From Eledone cirrhosa (lineage: Eukaryota), in the NCBI GenBank assembly GCA_964016885.1, contig OZ024740.1, positions 156,116,001 to 156,180,000 on the forward strand: a stretch of DNA of 64,000 nucleotides. The letters are read 5' to 3'. The position numbers and the translations under genes were made by a program. Positions 16,993 through 31,952 of this stretch are shown here, piece by piece (positions within the stretch are counted from its first letter, which is position 1; the number at the start of each line of letters is the position of its first letter). Below the pieces are notes generated by a model. That model searched no databases. It had not been told where the DNA came from and saw only the letters and a list, made by a program, of their open reading frames with translations.

Positions 16993-17462
16993 TTGTTGTG
17001 AAAGAGTCATTTCTCAATCTTGGCGCAAAACCAATTTTTTATCCACATGACCTCTACCGACCAATCAAAATTGTTTTGACCAAGAATTTTTGCTGGAGCC
17101 ACTTTTTTAACATAAAAACAGTCTTGGCGCAAAATCAACTTTTTACATTCACATGACCTCTACCGACCAATCAAAATTGTTTTGACCACAAGCATTTTTG
17201 CAACACAAAAATAACGCTGGAGCCACTTTTTTTAACATAAAAACAGGTAGAATTCCCAAAACTAATCAGATCAGAGCAAACAGCACGGACACTCTATCTC
17301 AAAATTATTTTTGAAAAGCATTTAGAAATGCGCAACCGGTAAAAACTTAAAAACTTAAAACCACAACTGAATACTAACCCATACAATCACTAATACTCTT
17401 TTATTCCTAATTAAACCATTTTTCAACTGTGAACAATTTGTCAGCATTTTCTATTCCGTTTA

Positions 17463-17503
<41 letters not shown>

Positions 17504-20500
17504 GTTAAATGAACCTGATACAAACAAATTATCTCACCTGCATAATGTGCATTTTGAACACTGTACGATACATTTTTATAATGTGAAGGTACCACAGCTA
17601 TATACACATCAGCGTTTGGTACGTTAGCAACGCAGCTGTAATTCACCTCAGAATTGAAATATGCTATATTTTGGGAAATAATGGTGACTTGTGGAATGGA
17701 CGAGAAAGAAAAGTTTCTGCTCCGTTCGGCAATCGATACATTTTGGTAAAGCAATTTGCAAGTTATTTTCACTGCAGAATACAAACATGAAAATATTATA
17801 GATTAGAGAAACAACATTCGGTTGATGCATCATAAGTTTACGTAATTATAGATTAATAATTTCAAATATATGGAATATACCTATATGACCCCAGGAAATG
17901 ATATTAGTAAATTATGTTTAATCGAATTGTTTTAGAATAATATAAATGAGGACACTAATCAATTATCAACAATAATAAATATTTAAAGCTACTAACAACC
18001 CCACCAACTATAACCTAATGAGTACCAACAGAATTGTCACCCGTTTACTGGAACTTTATAACATTATTAAACACATTCCACCCTTCCTTTTACTCTAACC
18101 GAATATATTTCTCAATATTCTCAGTCATTGACTTTAAGAACAACTATAAATACAACGCAACTTCAGATAAAATCTAATTATCTCTGAAGATACATATGTT
18201 AACTTCTATTCGAAATAAATATACCTCTGGAAAATACGTAAAAATAAAATTAACCCCTCTATCTTCTTCGATTTCATGTTGTAATGTATCGCAAGTCGGT
18301 TGGGGTAAACCTCAAATAATTTCTTATCTATGTACCTCTCACTCTATCTACCTACCTATATATAATCGAGAAAAATGATATCTTACCTGGTGATGCCTGT
18401 GTTAAAGTAAGTTCTCCAATTGTTACGTTGGTTAGCTTCCTTATTTTTGGTATTCCGCCTTTTTCAATATCATTCAAATACCATTGGAAAGTGGTTTGTG
18501 GTGGTAATTTGTTCGTATTACAGCTAAATGTTATGTTCTTCATACTATTCATTGTTGTTAACACACCATATAATGAATCATTATAGTCTGTGTATGCGAG
18601 ATATCATAAAAATATTTTAATGTTAATCATAATTTTCAACATTGTAACGTAATAATTGTTTCTACTTTTAGCACGGGGCCAGCAATTATCCCAGTGCATT
18701 ACTGGTACTTTATTTTATCGACCCGGTAAGGATGAAAGGCAAAGTTAACCTCGACGGGATTTGAACTCAGATCATAAAGGGCCGTAACTCTATGCTGCAA
18801 AGCATGGCGTCCGACCCTGTACCATAACTGCCAATCCACAATGATGTATTAATTCTAATATTGTGCAAGTATTAAAAATTAATATTGTGACGAATCGCTT
18901 ACAGAAAATATTATTCGTAAAATCACCATAAATTTTACATTGTTTGTTGTTGTTGCTCTCGCCTTAGTCCGTTTTGAGTTAGTTTACTTATAATCAAATA
19001 TATTCTGTGTCCTTCCGTTTTTTTCCAGATGCAGTGTTTCCAGGACGGCATTCTCGAATATGTTCTATTTTTTAAATTACTTTAGTGAGGCAAGTTTGGT
19101 TGAATAGATTATATCACTCCATCATTACCTCTATTACTCTCCCATAGTTTATATTCTTGTATTGTTTTATTGATTTCAGTCATTACCCCGCGGCCATGCT
19201 GGGGTTTCCCAATCATACTGACCTTAGTAATCACTTTTTCAACTCTGTTACCTATTTTATTGATTTTTAATTTTTATTGAAATTCTCAGAGACGGCACAT
19301 AAACAGAGGCACAAACGTAAACATACACACATACGATGAGCTTCTACAGATTCCATTTGTTTAATTTCACCCATAAGGTATTGGTCATCCCGAGGCTATA
19401 TTACAAGACATTTGCCCAAGATGTCACGCCGTGGGAATGAACCTGAAATCACGTGGTTGCGAAGCAAACTGATTACCTCAATAGTTATTCATGTTTCATT
19501 GCAATTATTTGGATTAATTTCACTCATGGACTGCAGCCATGCAGGTTCAGCACCTTCAATAGTTCAAAGGCTTTATAGTCTACTGTAATGGAACCGTTAC
19601 TCTCGTTTGGTATTTATTTTATTGATGTCAGAGAAATAAGAATTGCAAAGTCATCCGAGTGTAGGCAGAAGCAATCGTGAGGGATACAAATGCGATATAT
19701 TTTTTGTGATTGATGCAGTCATTTTGTTTACTACCTGACGCTAATGAGCACATACAAATGCAGAAAGACAGACACTGTTTAATTTGCCTTGCTTGCTTTG
19801 AGGGTTTAAGTCGGAGGGGCGTCGTCGTGTCTTATGTCCTTGTCATTTAAATCCTGGTAGAGACCACTCCTTTTCATGAATAACCAAAGCCGATTTCTTC
19901 CAGAGAGAGAGAGAGAGATAGATAGATAGAGAGAGAGAGAGGGAAAGGTGGAAAGAAATCGACGCCCAATACTCAACTAGTACTTTTATTACCGACCCAA
20001 AATGATGGGAGGTAAACTTAACCTCTGCGGGATTTGATCCCAGAACACAGAGAACCCGAACAAACATTGCAATGTACTATATTCGATACTGTAACGATTC
20101 TTTCAATTCATGGTTTATACTCTGAATAACAACAGATGTTCATTCAGATAAATTTCAACAGATAATTGAAAGTAAGTAACTATCAATGGCAACAAAGACT
20201 ATGATTTGTTCACTTTAGTGCTTTTAACAGGTTTCAGTCTCTTGCAAGATACGAACCAGACCAACGGTTTGCTCCACGTCCATGTTATTCATGATGATAC
20301 TAACCTGGCGATATTGAAACTAGATATTAGCAACATCAATGTAATCACTACAAAAATGCCTGCAAAAATCGTAGACATGTCTCTTCTATCCTGATTAATT
20401 TATAAAAGAAAAAAAAAATGAATTCATGTAAAAGATACATACCTCCCAGGGAAACTATTTCTTTTATGAGTCCCATTTGGTTTCCATTTACGGCAAAGCA

Positions 20501-23500
20501 TGTAATGTTTGTGACTCCTGATGTTATAGTATTTCCTAATAAATATAGTTATAGATTGGTTTAACCATTTCAATTCTATTAGATTCGAATAGAGTCAAAT
20601 AAACTTACACTTCAAAAAATGAGAAGCAAATGTCATAAAGATATTAGTACAGATTAAAAGAAAAGGTTCTACTTTTTAGTCTTTTGCTTTTTTTAATATC
20701 CAACATCTTTATTTATTCAATATAAAAGAATCTCTTAATGTGATGAAAGGCCATTGACATTATATAAAAATAATAGAGCAGTATCTAATGAAAACAAAAT
20801 ATACTGTTAAATGGAACAGAAAATGAAAAGGAGAAAAAGAAAGAAAGATCAAGCAACCAAAGAAAGGGAGAGGAGCAGGGACTGTCACTACACACCAGTT
20901 TGAGCGGTGCCTCAGCTGTGCTCCGCAAGCGGCCCATCATCTTTCCGACTTTACGGAGGAAATCAGCAGTGCGGGGAACAAGGATGCCAGAGGTCTCGAT
21001 GGAAGCTGGTGCGAAGAAGAAGCGGTTGGTCAACCCCGGTATTTGACTAACCTCGTATCTTTCGTATTGCGGACTGCAGAGTCCAGGTTTGTGGTCGAAG
21101 CGAAGAGGCTGCAGGCGAAGAATTAGTCACAGCTTTTTCTCTCATTACGCAGAGTGGGCAGGTTGATGTAATTGGCTAACACACTTATCACGAAAATAAG
21201 AGATTTGGATTCGATTCCCGCGTATGCTGATTTTACCACTTTTTTATTCTAATCTGGGGTCTTATAAGCCCTGTTATTATCAGATAATTTTGTTTTTATT
21301 TATCTAATTTATTTTCACATCTCGTTTAACTGTTCACCCCCCCCCCTTTGTTTTACATGCGTTATTTCCATACCACACCACTCTCACGCATATACATATA
21401 TTTCTTATAATATACATATATTTCTCATACCACTGAGTCTTACCACCAATGCACGCACACACAACATATACGCTCTAGCGCACATTCAAGACGATTTCAT
21501 TGATTAATTAAAATTCATAAAACATCTAGAAAACCAACAGTCTGGCAGATTAACTTACCTTTATAAAATCCCCTTGCACTGAATGTAGTCACACCCAAAG
21601 TATTTTCCAGAGTTACGTGGACTGTAGCGTTTGATATATTTGCGACGCAGTCGTAATTTAACATAGGAATCACATTAGATACTGATGCATTTAGCTCAAC
21701 ATCTGGAAATTGTTGTAATTCAAAAGTTGTATGCAAACTATCCTGCATATTACCAGAATTTATGGTGCAGTTTACGGGTACTTAATCGAAAATAAAAGAA
21801 AAACAGATTAGAAACATCAGGAGAAAAAGAATGAAAACTTTTAATAGAGAACCGTGACAGAGCTTATCGGCTATCAAAAATATACATTCACTTTTGTATG
21901 TTTTTTTATCTATTACTAGTTTCAGACTATGTTATATTCATCACTTGATTATGGCAGATATCTTATCGAGCATGACAAAATATTTTGTGATATTTAATTT
22001 TCTGAGCGCATATTCTGCATTGTATTAACATAAAAGGTAAATATAACGGTTTGTGCTTTTGAATGATGGCTACTTAAACGTATATCGAGTAACCAGTGAA
22101 ACTATTTATATTTAATAAAAGATATACATAAAATCCTTTGTTATGGCTTAGTCGTTAGGGCACTTGATTAAAAATGCCTCAATATTTGTTCAGGCTTCTG
22201 TCAAGGTCAACTTTGCTTTTCATCCCTTCTAGTTCAATATATATAGTACCATCCATTACTGGAGTCGGTTGTTCTCTTTATTTCTCTGGAAGAAATTCGC
22301 TGTGTTCCGACCTGGTGAGGGATGGACTCTGCCAGATTTAAAATGTCCAAAACACGCCATAATTTTATTGCCGAGTCGTATTCATAAAATATAGAACTCA
22401 GATAGCCTCGATCCTCGGCGAATTTAATAAAATGTTTCGAAAAAAGCATCTAGACATTGCTTTTATATAAATTAACCAGATCTATATTCACATGTCACAT
22501 CATTCAATATATATACAAAGATATTATATAGAAAAAAACATACGTACTTCTATCTCCGGACGTAAATTGATATATATCTTTGACTATAATACTCTCCTGC
22601 GAGCGATTGCTTTGCAATATCTGATTGGTTACCATACCAGTAACGGGTTTTCCAGAAATAAACCACGAATAGTTCAGGTTAGCAATGTTATAATATGTGT
22701 AGCATGTAAAATTTGCACCGCCATTGCCTTCTAACTTCGCTGTTAGTCGTATCATTTGGGAAATAACTGGAAAAAATGGATAAAATACAAATATTCCACA
22801 TAAATAGATGTTTCGGCATCCCACATTTTAACTTTTGACTTTGAATTCACAACTTCCAATAAAAAAACATCAACAGGAACATTAAAAAGCAACACAAAAT
22901 ACAAACTAATCCAATTATTATGATATATTACAAATAATGATGTCTTGCACCATGGCATGTACATTTGTGTGTGTGTATATAGAAAAGAGTTTCATTTCTA
23001 CTCAGAAAATAAATTTTACACTCTATCTGAAGTTATTTACGGCTTTTAACATGCTGGCCTCAATTTCCCCCTCTCCAGAATCTATGTCATATTTAAGTTC
23101 ATTAATTGGTCTCGTGACTGCAACCCCCAAAAGGTTGGTCTTAGCCCATAGATGCATCTCATGTACATTAAAAGATGTGACCGGGTTTAGGAGATCAGCC
23201 AAGTATTCTCTCCCCGTCTCGAGGACGCACCTCACTTCAGAGAGAAGAACCCCAGACAAGTTGTTGACAGCAGGCCTGGAGATGGACTTTTTATTGCAAA
23301 GTTGGTGGATGGTCTGCGACCATACTTTATTTCCAGCTTAACCCCAATGTCCTTCAATGTCTTAACCTTGGACGCCTTTACTGTCTCTGCTACGACACAT
23401 CACGACTGCTTGTACCACGAGTACAAGAAGGAAGACTTATTTCTAATCCAAGCTTTGTAAGCTCCCTTCTTTGATCGGATAGCATTGTTAACTTCCTGAT

Positions 23501-25914
23501 TGGACACGGCGGTGCTGCTGCTAACCACTGCCACATCGAGCCGCTTTCATCCGCAGTATTTAATAGCTGAAGCAGAAATTGCCGAGCTGAACAGTCTCCT
23601 CTCTGTTTCAACGTACTCAATTCTTTCAGGGTGTTCTCTGAATTTGGATGCAATAGTATCCACATATCCAATCATGAAATCTTCATCAGACAACGCTTTC
23701 CTCTTTATTCTGTATGGTGATATGAATTTGTCACAGTTTTAGGTTTTCTTAACTTTAGGTAATTTCGGATTACAGATAACTATATGGTGATCAGTTGACA
23801 GCTCAGCTCTCTCCTAACACGAACATCCAGCACAGAATCGAAGAGCTCAGAGACAATAGAAAAATCACTTACTGATCATTGTCCCCGATTTCTCGAAAAC
23901 CATGAATATTTATAGATGTCTTTGTACTGTAAGAAGATGTTTATAATAGAGAGTTAATTACTAGAATGGAAACCTAATAAGGCCTCTCCATTTGCATTTA
24001 GATCGGGATCGCCGTTCCTTCACATCAATATTTTCGCTGTCAGTTGCTTAGTGTCAGTATGTGCATTGACGTCGCTCATTAGGATATATGACAGAGAACA
24101 AATACCGTTTACACAAGCCACTATAGTTCCATCTGAGAGCAAACTACCGATCCAAGAGATGACTGACGGATGAAGATCGTAAGCGGTTAGTTTTGAGAGG
24201 CGATTCACATGTCAGACACGACCAAAAGCTTAGGTTATGTTGTGGGACAACAACATTGTTTTCAGCAAATTTCTCTAAGTAGGGAGTTCACTGACGTGAC
24301 ATAGAAGAGTAGGTCTTAGGTTGATCAGGTTTTACGGAAAACATGTTGGTAGTCGTTAAGGAAAGAGTGAAACGGGGGAGACGGAAGGAGAGAAAGAAAA
24401 AAATTCAGCTGATAGAGAAATTCATTGATAATTTTATAGTGTATTGTGGATGAATAAACAAACCTACTAGACATTTTGCCAACCTATAGTGTTTTTATGT
24501 TCCAAAGTACATCCGTAGATTCACACTTTGTTTATACTTTTTACATTTGTTGCATTCAACAGTGAACAAGGCACGGTAAGCTGACCAGTTTTTGAGATAA
24601 ACAATTCTTGAAATACACCTTTACAGTCCCTTCCTAGTAATTTGGGTGAGTAGTGCTCTAATTACATAATTGTTTCTACTGTTGGCACAAGGCCAGCAAT
24701 TATCCCAGTGTATTACTGGTACTTTATTTATCGACCCCGTAAGGATGAAAGGCAAAGTTAACCTCGACGGGATTTGAACTCAGATCATAAAGGGCCGTAA
24801 CTCTATGCTGCAAAGCATGGCGTCCGACCCTGTACCATAACTGCCAATCCACAATGATGTATTAATTCTAATATTGTGCAAGTATTAAAAATTAATATTG
24901 TGACGAATCGCTTACAGAAAATATTATTCGTAAAATCACCATAAATTTTACATTGTTTGTTGTTGTTGCTCTCGCCTTAGTCCGTTTTGAGTTAGTTTAC
25001 TTATAATCAAATATATTCTGTGTCCTTCCGTTTTTTTCCAGATGCAGTGTTTCCAGGACGGCATTCTCGAATATGTTCTATTTTTTAAATTACTTTAGTG
25101 AGGCAAGTTTGGTTGAATAGATTATATCACTCCATCATTACCTCTATTACTCTCCCATAGTTTATATTCTTGTATTGTTTTATTGATTTCAGTCATTACC
25201 CCGCGGCCATGCTGGGGTTTCCCAATCATACTGACCTTAGTAATCACTTTTTCAACTCTGTTACCTATTTTATTGATTTTTTAATTTTTATTGAACTTCT
25301 CAGAGACGGCACATAAACAGAGGCACAAACGTAAACATACACACATACGATGAGCTTCTACAGATTCCTTTTGTTTAATTTCACCCATAAGGTATTGGTC
25401 ATCCCGAGGCTATATTACAAGACATTTGCCCAAGATGTCACGCCGTGGGAATGAACCTGAAATCACGTGGTTGCGAAGCAAACTCCTTACCTCAATAGTT
25501 ATTCATGTTTCATTGCAATTATTTGGATTAATTTCTCTCATGGACTGCAGCCATGCAGGTTCAGCACCTTCAATAGTTCAAAGGCTTTATAGTCTACTGT
25601 AATGGAACCGTTACTCTCGTTTGGTATTTATTTTATTGATGTCAGAGAAATAAGAATTGCAAAGTCATCCGAGTGTAGGCAGAAGCAATCGTGAGGGATA
25701 CAAATGCGATATATTTTTTGTGATTGATGCAGTCATTTTGTTTACTACCTGACGCTAATGAGCACATACAAATGCGGAAAGACAGACACTGTTTAATTTG
25801 CCTTGCTTGCTTTGAGAGTTTAAGTCGGAGGGGCGTCGTCGTGTCTTATGTCCTTGTCATTTAAAACCTGGTAGAGACCACTCCTTTTCATGAATAACCA
25901 AAGCCGATTTCTTC

Positions 25915-25949
<35 letters not shown>

Positions 25950-28900
25950 CGGAAAGGTGGAAAGAAATCGACGCCCAATACTCAACTAGTACTTTTATTA
26001 CCGACCCAAAATGATGGGAGGTAAACTTAACCTCTGCGGCATTTGATCCCAGAACACAGAGAACCCGAACAAACATTGCAATGTACTATATTCGATACTG
26101 TAACGATTCTTTCAATTCATGGTTTATACTCTGAATAACAACAGATGTTCATTCAGATAAATTTCAACAGATAATTGAAAGTAGTAACTATCCATGGCAA
26201 CAAAGACTATGATTTGTTCACTTTAGTGCTTTTAACAGGTTTCAGTCTCTTGCAAGATACGAACCAGACCAACGGTTTGCTCCACGTCCATGTTATTCAT
26301 GATGATACTAACCTGGCGATATTGAAACTAGATATTAGCAACATCAATGTAATCACTACAAAAATGCCTGCAAAAATCGTAGACATGTCTCTTCTATCCT
26401 GATTAATTTATAAAAGAAAACAAAAATGAATTCATGTAAAAGATACATACCTCCCGGGGAAACTATTTCTTTTATGAGTCCCATTTGGTCTCCATTTACC
26501 GCAAAGCATGTAATCTTTGTGACTCCTGATGTGTTACTATTTCCTAATAAATATAGTTATAGATTGGTTTAACCATTTCAATTCTATTAGATTCGAATAG
26601 AGTTAAATAAACTTACACTTCATAAAATGAGAAGCAAATGTCATAAAGATATTAGTACAGATTAAAAGAAAAGGTTCTACTTTTTAGTCTTTTGCTTTTT
26701 TTAATATCCAACATCTTTATTTATTCAATATAAAAAAAATCTCTTCATGTGATAAAAGGCCATTGACATTATATAAAAATAATAGAGCAGTATCTAATGA
26801 AAACAAAATATACTGTTAAATGGAACAGAAAATGAAAAGGAGAAAAAGAAAGAAAGATCAAGCAACCAAAGAAAGGGAGAGGAGCAGGGACTGTCACTAC
26901 ACACCAGTTTGAGCGGTGCCTCAGCTGTGCTCCGCAAGCGGCCCATCATCTTTCCGACTTTACGGAGGAAATCAGCAGTGCGGGGAACAAGGATGCCAGA
27001 GGTCTCGATGGAAGCTGGTGCGAAGAAGAAGCGGTTGGTCAACCCCGGTATTTGACTAACCTCCACTCTTTCGTATTGCGGACTGCAGAGTCCAGGTTTG
27101 TGGTCGAAGCGAAGAGGCTGCAGGCGAAGAATTAGTCACAGCTTTTTCTCTCATTACGCAGAGTGGGCAGGTTGATGTAATTGGCTAACACACTTATCAC
27201 GAAAATAAGAGATTTGGATTCGATTCCCGCGTATGCTGATTTTACCACTTTTTTATTCTAATCTGGGGTCTTATAAGCCCTGTTATTATCAGATAATTTT
27301 GTTTTTATTTATCTAATTTATTTTCACATCTCGTTTAACTGTTCACCCCCCCCCCTTTGTTTTACTTGCGTTATTTCCATACCACACCACTCTCACGCAT
27401 ATACATATATTTCTTATAATATACATATATTTCTCATACGACTGAGTCTTACCACCAATGCACGCACACACAACATATACGCTCTAGCGCACATTCAAGA
27501 CGATTTCATTGATTAATTAAAATTCATAAAACATCTAGAAAACCAACAGTCTGGCAGATTAACTTACCTTTATAAAATCCCCTTGCACTGAATGTAGTCA
27601 CACCCAAAGTATTTTCCAGAGTTACGTGGACTGTAGCGTTTGATATATTTGCGACGCAGTCGTAATTTAACATAGGAATCACATTAGATACTGATGCATT
27701 TAGCTCAACATCTGGAAATTGTTGTAATTCAAAAGTTGTATGCAAACTATCCTGCATATTACCAGAATTTATGGTGCAGTTTACGGGTACTTAATCGAAA
27801 ATAAAAGAAAAACAGATTAGAAACATCAGGAGAAAAAGAATGAAAACTTTTAATAGAGAACCGTGACAGAGCTTATCGGCTATCAAAAATATACATTCAC
27901 TTTTGTATGTTTTTTTATCTATTACTAGTTTCAGACTATGTTATATTCATCACTTGATTATGGCAGATATCTTATCGAGCATGACAAAATATTTTGTGAT
28001 ATTTAATTTTCTGAGCGCATATTCTGCATTGTATTAACATAAAAGGTAAATATAACGGTTTGTGCTTTTGAATGATGGCTACTTAAACGTATATCGAGTA
28101 ACCAGTGAAACTATTTATATTTAATAAAAGATATACATAAAATCCTTTGTTATGGCTTAGTCGTTAGGGCACTTGATTAAAAATGCCTCAATATTTGTTC
28201 AGGCTTCTGTCAAGGTCAACTTTGCTTTTCATCCCTTCTAATTCAATATATATAGTACCATCCATTACTGGAGTCGGTTGTTCTCTTTATTTCTCTGGAA
28301 GAAATTCGCTGTGTTCCGACCTGGTGAGGGATGGACTCTGCCAGATTTAAAATGTCCAAAACACGCCATAATTTTATTGCCGAGTCGTATTCATAAAATA
28401 TAGAACTCAGATAGCCTCGATCCTCGGCGAATTTAATAAAATGTTTCGAAAAAAGCATCTAGACATTGCTTTTATATAAATTAACCAGATCTATATTCAC
28501 ATGTCACATCATTCAATATATATACAAAGATATTATATAGAAAAAAACATACGTACTTCTATCTCCGGACGTAAATTGATATATATCTTTGACTATAATA
28601 CTCTCCTGCGAGCGATTGCTTTGCAATATCTGATTGGTTACCATACCAGTAACGGGTTTTCCAGAAATAAACCACGAATAGTTCAGGTTAGCAATGTTAT
28701 AATATGTGTAGCATGTAAAATTTGCACCGCCATTGCCTTCTAACTCCGCTGTTAGTCGTATCATTTGGGAAATAACTGGAAAAAATGGATAAAATACAAA
28801 TATTCCACATAAATAGATGTTTCGGCATCCCACATTTTAACTTTTGACTTTGAATTCACAACTTCCAATAAAAAAACATCAACAGGAACATTAAAAAGCA

Positions 28901-31900
28901 ACACAAAATACAAACTAATCCAATTATTATGATATATTACAAATAATGATGTCTTGCACCATGGCATGTACATTTGTGTGTGTGTATATAGAAAAGAGTT
29001 TCATTTCTACTCAGAAAATAAATTTTACACTCTATCTGAAGTTATTTACGGCTTTTAACATGCTGGCCTCAATTTCCCCCTCTCCAGAATCTATGTCATA
29101 TTTAAGTTCATTAATTGGTCTCGTGACTGCAACCCCCAAAAGGTTGGTCTTAGCCCATAGATGCATCTCATGTACATTAAAAGATGTGACCGGGTTTAGG
29201 AGATCAGCCAAGTATTCTCTCCCCGTCTCGAGGACGCACCTCACTTCAGAGAGAAGAACCCCAGACAAGTTGTTGACAGCAGGCCTGGAGATGGACTTTT
29301 TATTGCAAAGTTGGTAGATGGTCTGCGACCATACTTTATTTCCAGCTTAACCCCAATGTCCTTCAATGTCTTAACCTTGGACGCCTTTACTGTCTCTGCT
29401 ACGACACATCACGACTGCTTGTACCACGAGTACAAGAAGGAAGACTTATTTCTAATCCAAGCTTTGTAAGCTCCCTTCTTTGATCGGATAGCATTGTTAA
29501 CTTCCTGATTGGACACGGCGGTGCTGCTGCTAACCACTGCCACATCGAGCCGCTTTCATCCGCAGTATTTAATAGCTGAAGCAGAAATTGCCGAGCTGAA
29601 CAGTCTCCTCTCTGTTTCAACGTACTCAATTCTTTCAGGGTGTTCTCTGAATTTGGATGCAATAGTATCCACATATCCAATCATGAAATCTTCATCAGAC
29701 AACGCTTTCCTCTTTATTCTGTATGGTGATATGAACTTGTCACAGTTTTAGGTTTTCTTAACTTTAGGTAATTTCGGATTACAGATAACTATATGGTGAT
29801 CAGTTGACAGCTCAGCTCTCTCCTAACACGAACATCCAGCACAGAATCGAAGAGCTCAGAGACAATAGAAAAATCACTTACTGATCATTGTCCCCGATTT
29901 CTCGAAAACCATGAATATTTATAGATGTCTTTGTACTGCAAGAAGATGTTTATAATAGAGAGTTAATTACTAGAATGGAAACCTAATAAGGCCTCTCCAT
30001 TTGCATTTAGATCGGGATCGCCGTTCCTTCACATCAATATTTTCGCTGTCAGTTGCTTAGTGTCAGTATGTGCATTGACGTCGCTCATTAGGATATATGA
30101 CAGAGAACAAATACCGTTTACACAAGCCACTATAGTTCCATCTGAGAGCAAACTACCGATCCAAGAGATGACTGACGGATGAAGATCGTAAGCGGTTAGT
30201 TTTGAGAGGCGATTCACATGTCAGACACGACCAAAAGCTTAGGTTATGTTGTGGGACAACAACATTGTTTTCAGCAAATTTCTCTAAGTAGGGAGTTCAC
30301 TGACGTGACATAGAAGAGTAGGTCTTAGGTTGATCAGGTTTTACGGAAAACATGTTGGTAGTCGTTAAGGAAAGAGTGAAACGGGGGAGACGGAAGGAGA
30401 GAAAGAAAAAAATTCAGCTGATAGAGAAATTCATTGATAATTTTATAGTGTATTGTGGATGAATAAACAAACCTACTAGACATTTTGCCAACCTATAGTG
30501 TTTTTATGTTCCAAAGTACATCCGTAGATTCACACTTTGTTTATACTTTTTACATTTGTTGCATTCAACAGTGAACAAGGCACGGTAAGCTGACCAGTTT
30601 TTGAGATAAACAATTCTTGAAATACACCTTTACAGTCCCTTCCTAGTAATTTGGGTGAGTAGTGCTCTAATTACATAATTGTTTCTACTGTTGGCACAAG
30701 GCCAGCAATTATCCCAGTGTATTACTGGTACTTTATTTATCGACCCCGTAAGGATGAAAGGCAAAGTTAACCTCGACGGGATTTGAACTCAGATCATAAA
30801 GGGCCGTAACTCTATGCTGCAAAGCATGGCGTCCGACCCTGTACCATAACTGCCAATCCACAATGATGTATTAATTCTAATATTGTGCAAGTATTAAAAA
30901 TTAATATTGTGACGAATCGCTTACAGAAAATATTATTCGTAAAATCACCATAAATTTTACATTGTTTGTTGTTGCTCTCGCCTTAGTCCGTTTTGAGTTA
31001 GTTTACTTATAATCAAATATATTCTGTGTCCTTCCGTTTTTTTCCAGATGCAGTGTTTCCAGGACGGCATTCTCGAATATGTTCTATTTTTTAAATTACT
31101 TTAGTGAGGCCAGTTTGGTTGAATAGATTATATCACTCCATCATTACCTCTATTACTCTCCCATAGTTTATATTCTTGTATTGTTTTATTGATTTCAGTC
31201 ATTACCCCGCGGCCATGCTGGGGTTTCCCAATCATACTGACCTTAGTAATCACTTTTTCAACTCTGTTACCTATTTTATTGATTTTTTAATTTTTATTGA
31301 ACTTCTCAGAGACGGCACATAAACAGAGGCACAAACGTAAACATACACACATACGATGAGCTTCTACAGATTCCTTTTGTTTAATTTCACCCATAAGGTA
31401 TTGGTCATCCCGAGGCTATATTACAAGACATTTGCCCAAGATGTCACGCCGTGGGAATGAACCTGAAATCACGTGGTTGCGAAGCAAACTCCTTACCTCA
31501 ATAGTTATTCATGTTTCATTGCAATTATTTGGATTAATTTCTCTCATGGACTGCAGCCATGCAGGTTCAGCACCTTCAATAGTTCAAAGGCTTTATAGTC
31601 TACTGTAATGGAACCGTTACTCTCGTTTGGTATTTATTTTATTGATGTCAGAGAAATAAGAATTGCAAAGTCATCCGAGTGTAGGCAGAAGCAATCGTGA
31701 GGGATACAAATGCGATATATTTTTTGTGATTGATGCAGTCATTTTGTTTACTACCTGACGCTAATGAGCACATACAAATGCGGAAAGACAGACACTGTTT
31801 AATTTGCCTTGCTTGCTTTGAGAGTTTAAGTCGGAGGGGCGTCGTCGTGTCTTATGTCCTTGTCATTTAAAACCTGGTAGAGACCACTCCTTTTCATGAA

Positions 31901-31920
31901 TAACCAAAGCCGATTTCTTC

Positions 31921-31952
<32 letters not shown>

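Noticed and set aside
20206-20394. + strand 62-aa ORF with a signal-peptide-like start, repeated in each unit
   Set aside because: Non-ATG start, antisense within an intron, and its identity between copies only reflects the recent duplication.
22937-23742. Repeated 80-136 aa ORFs on both strands
   Set aside because: They overlap a decayed RTE-like fragment; one is broken by a stop in unit 2.
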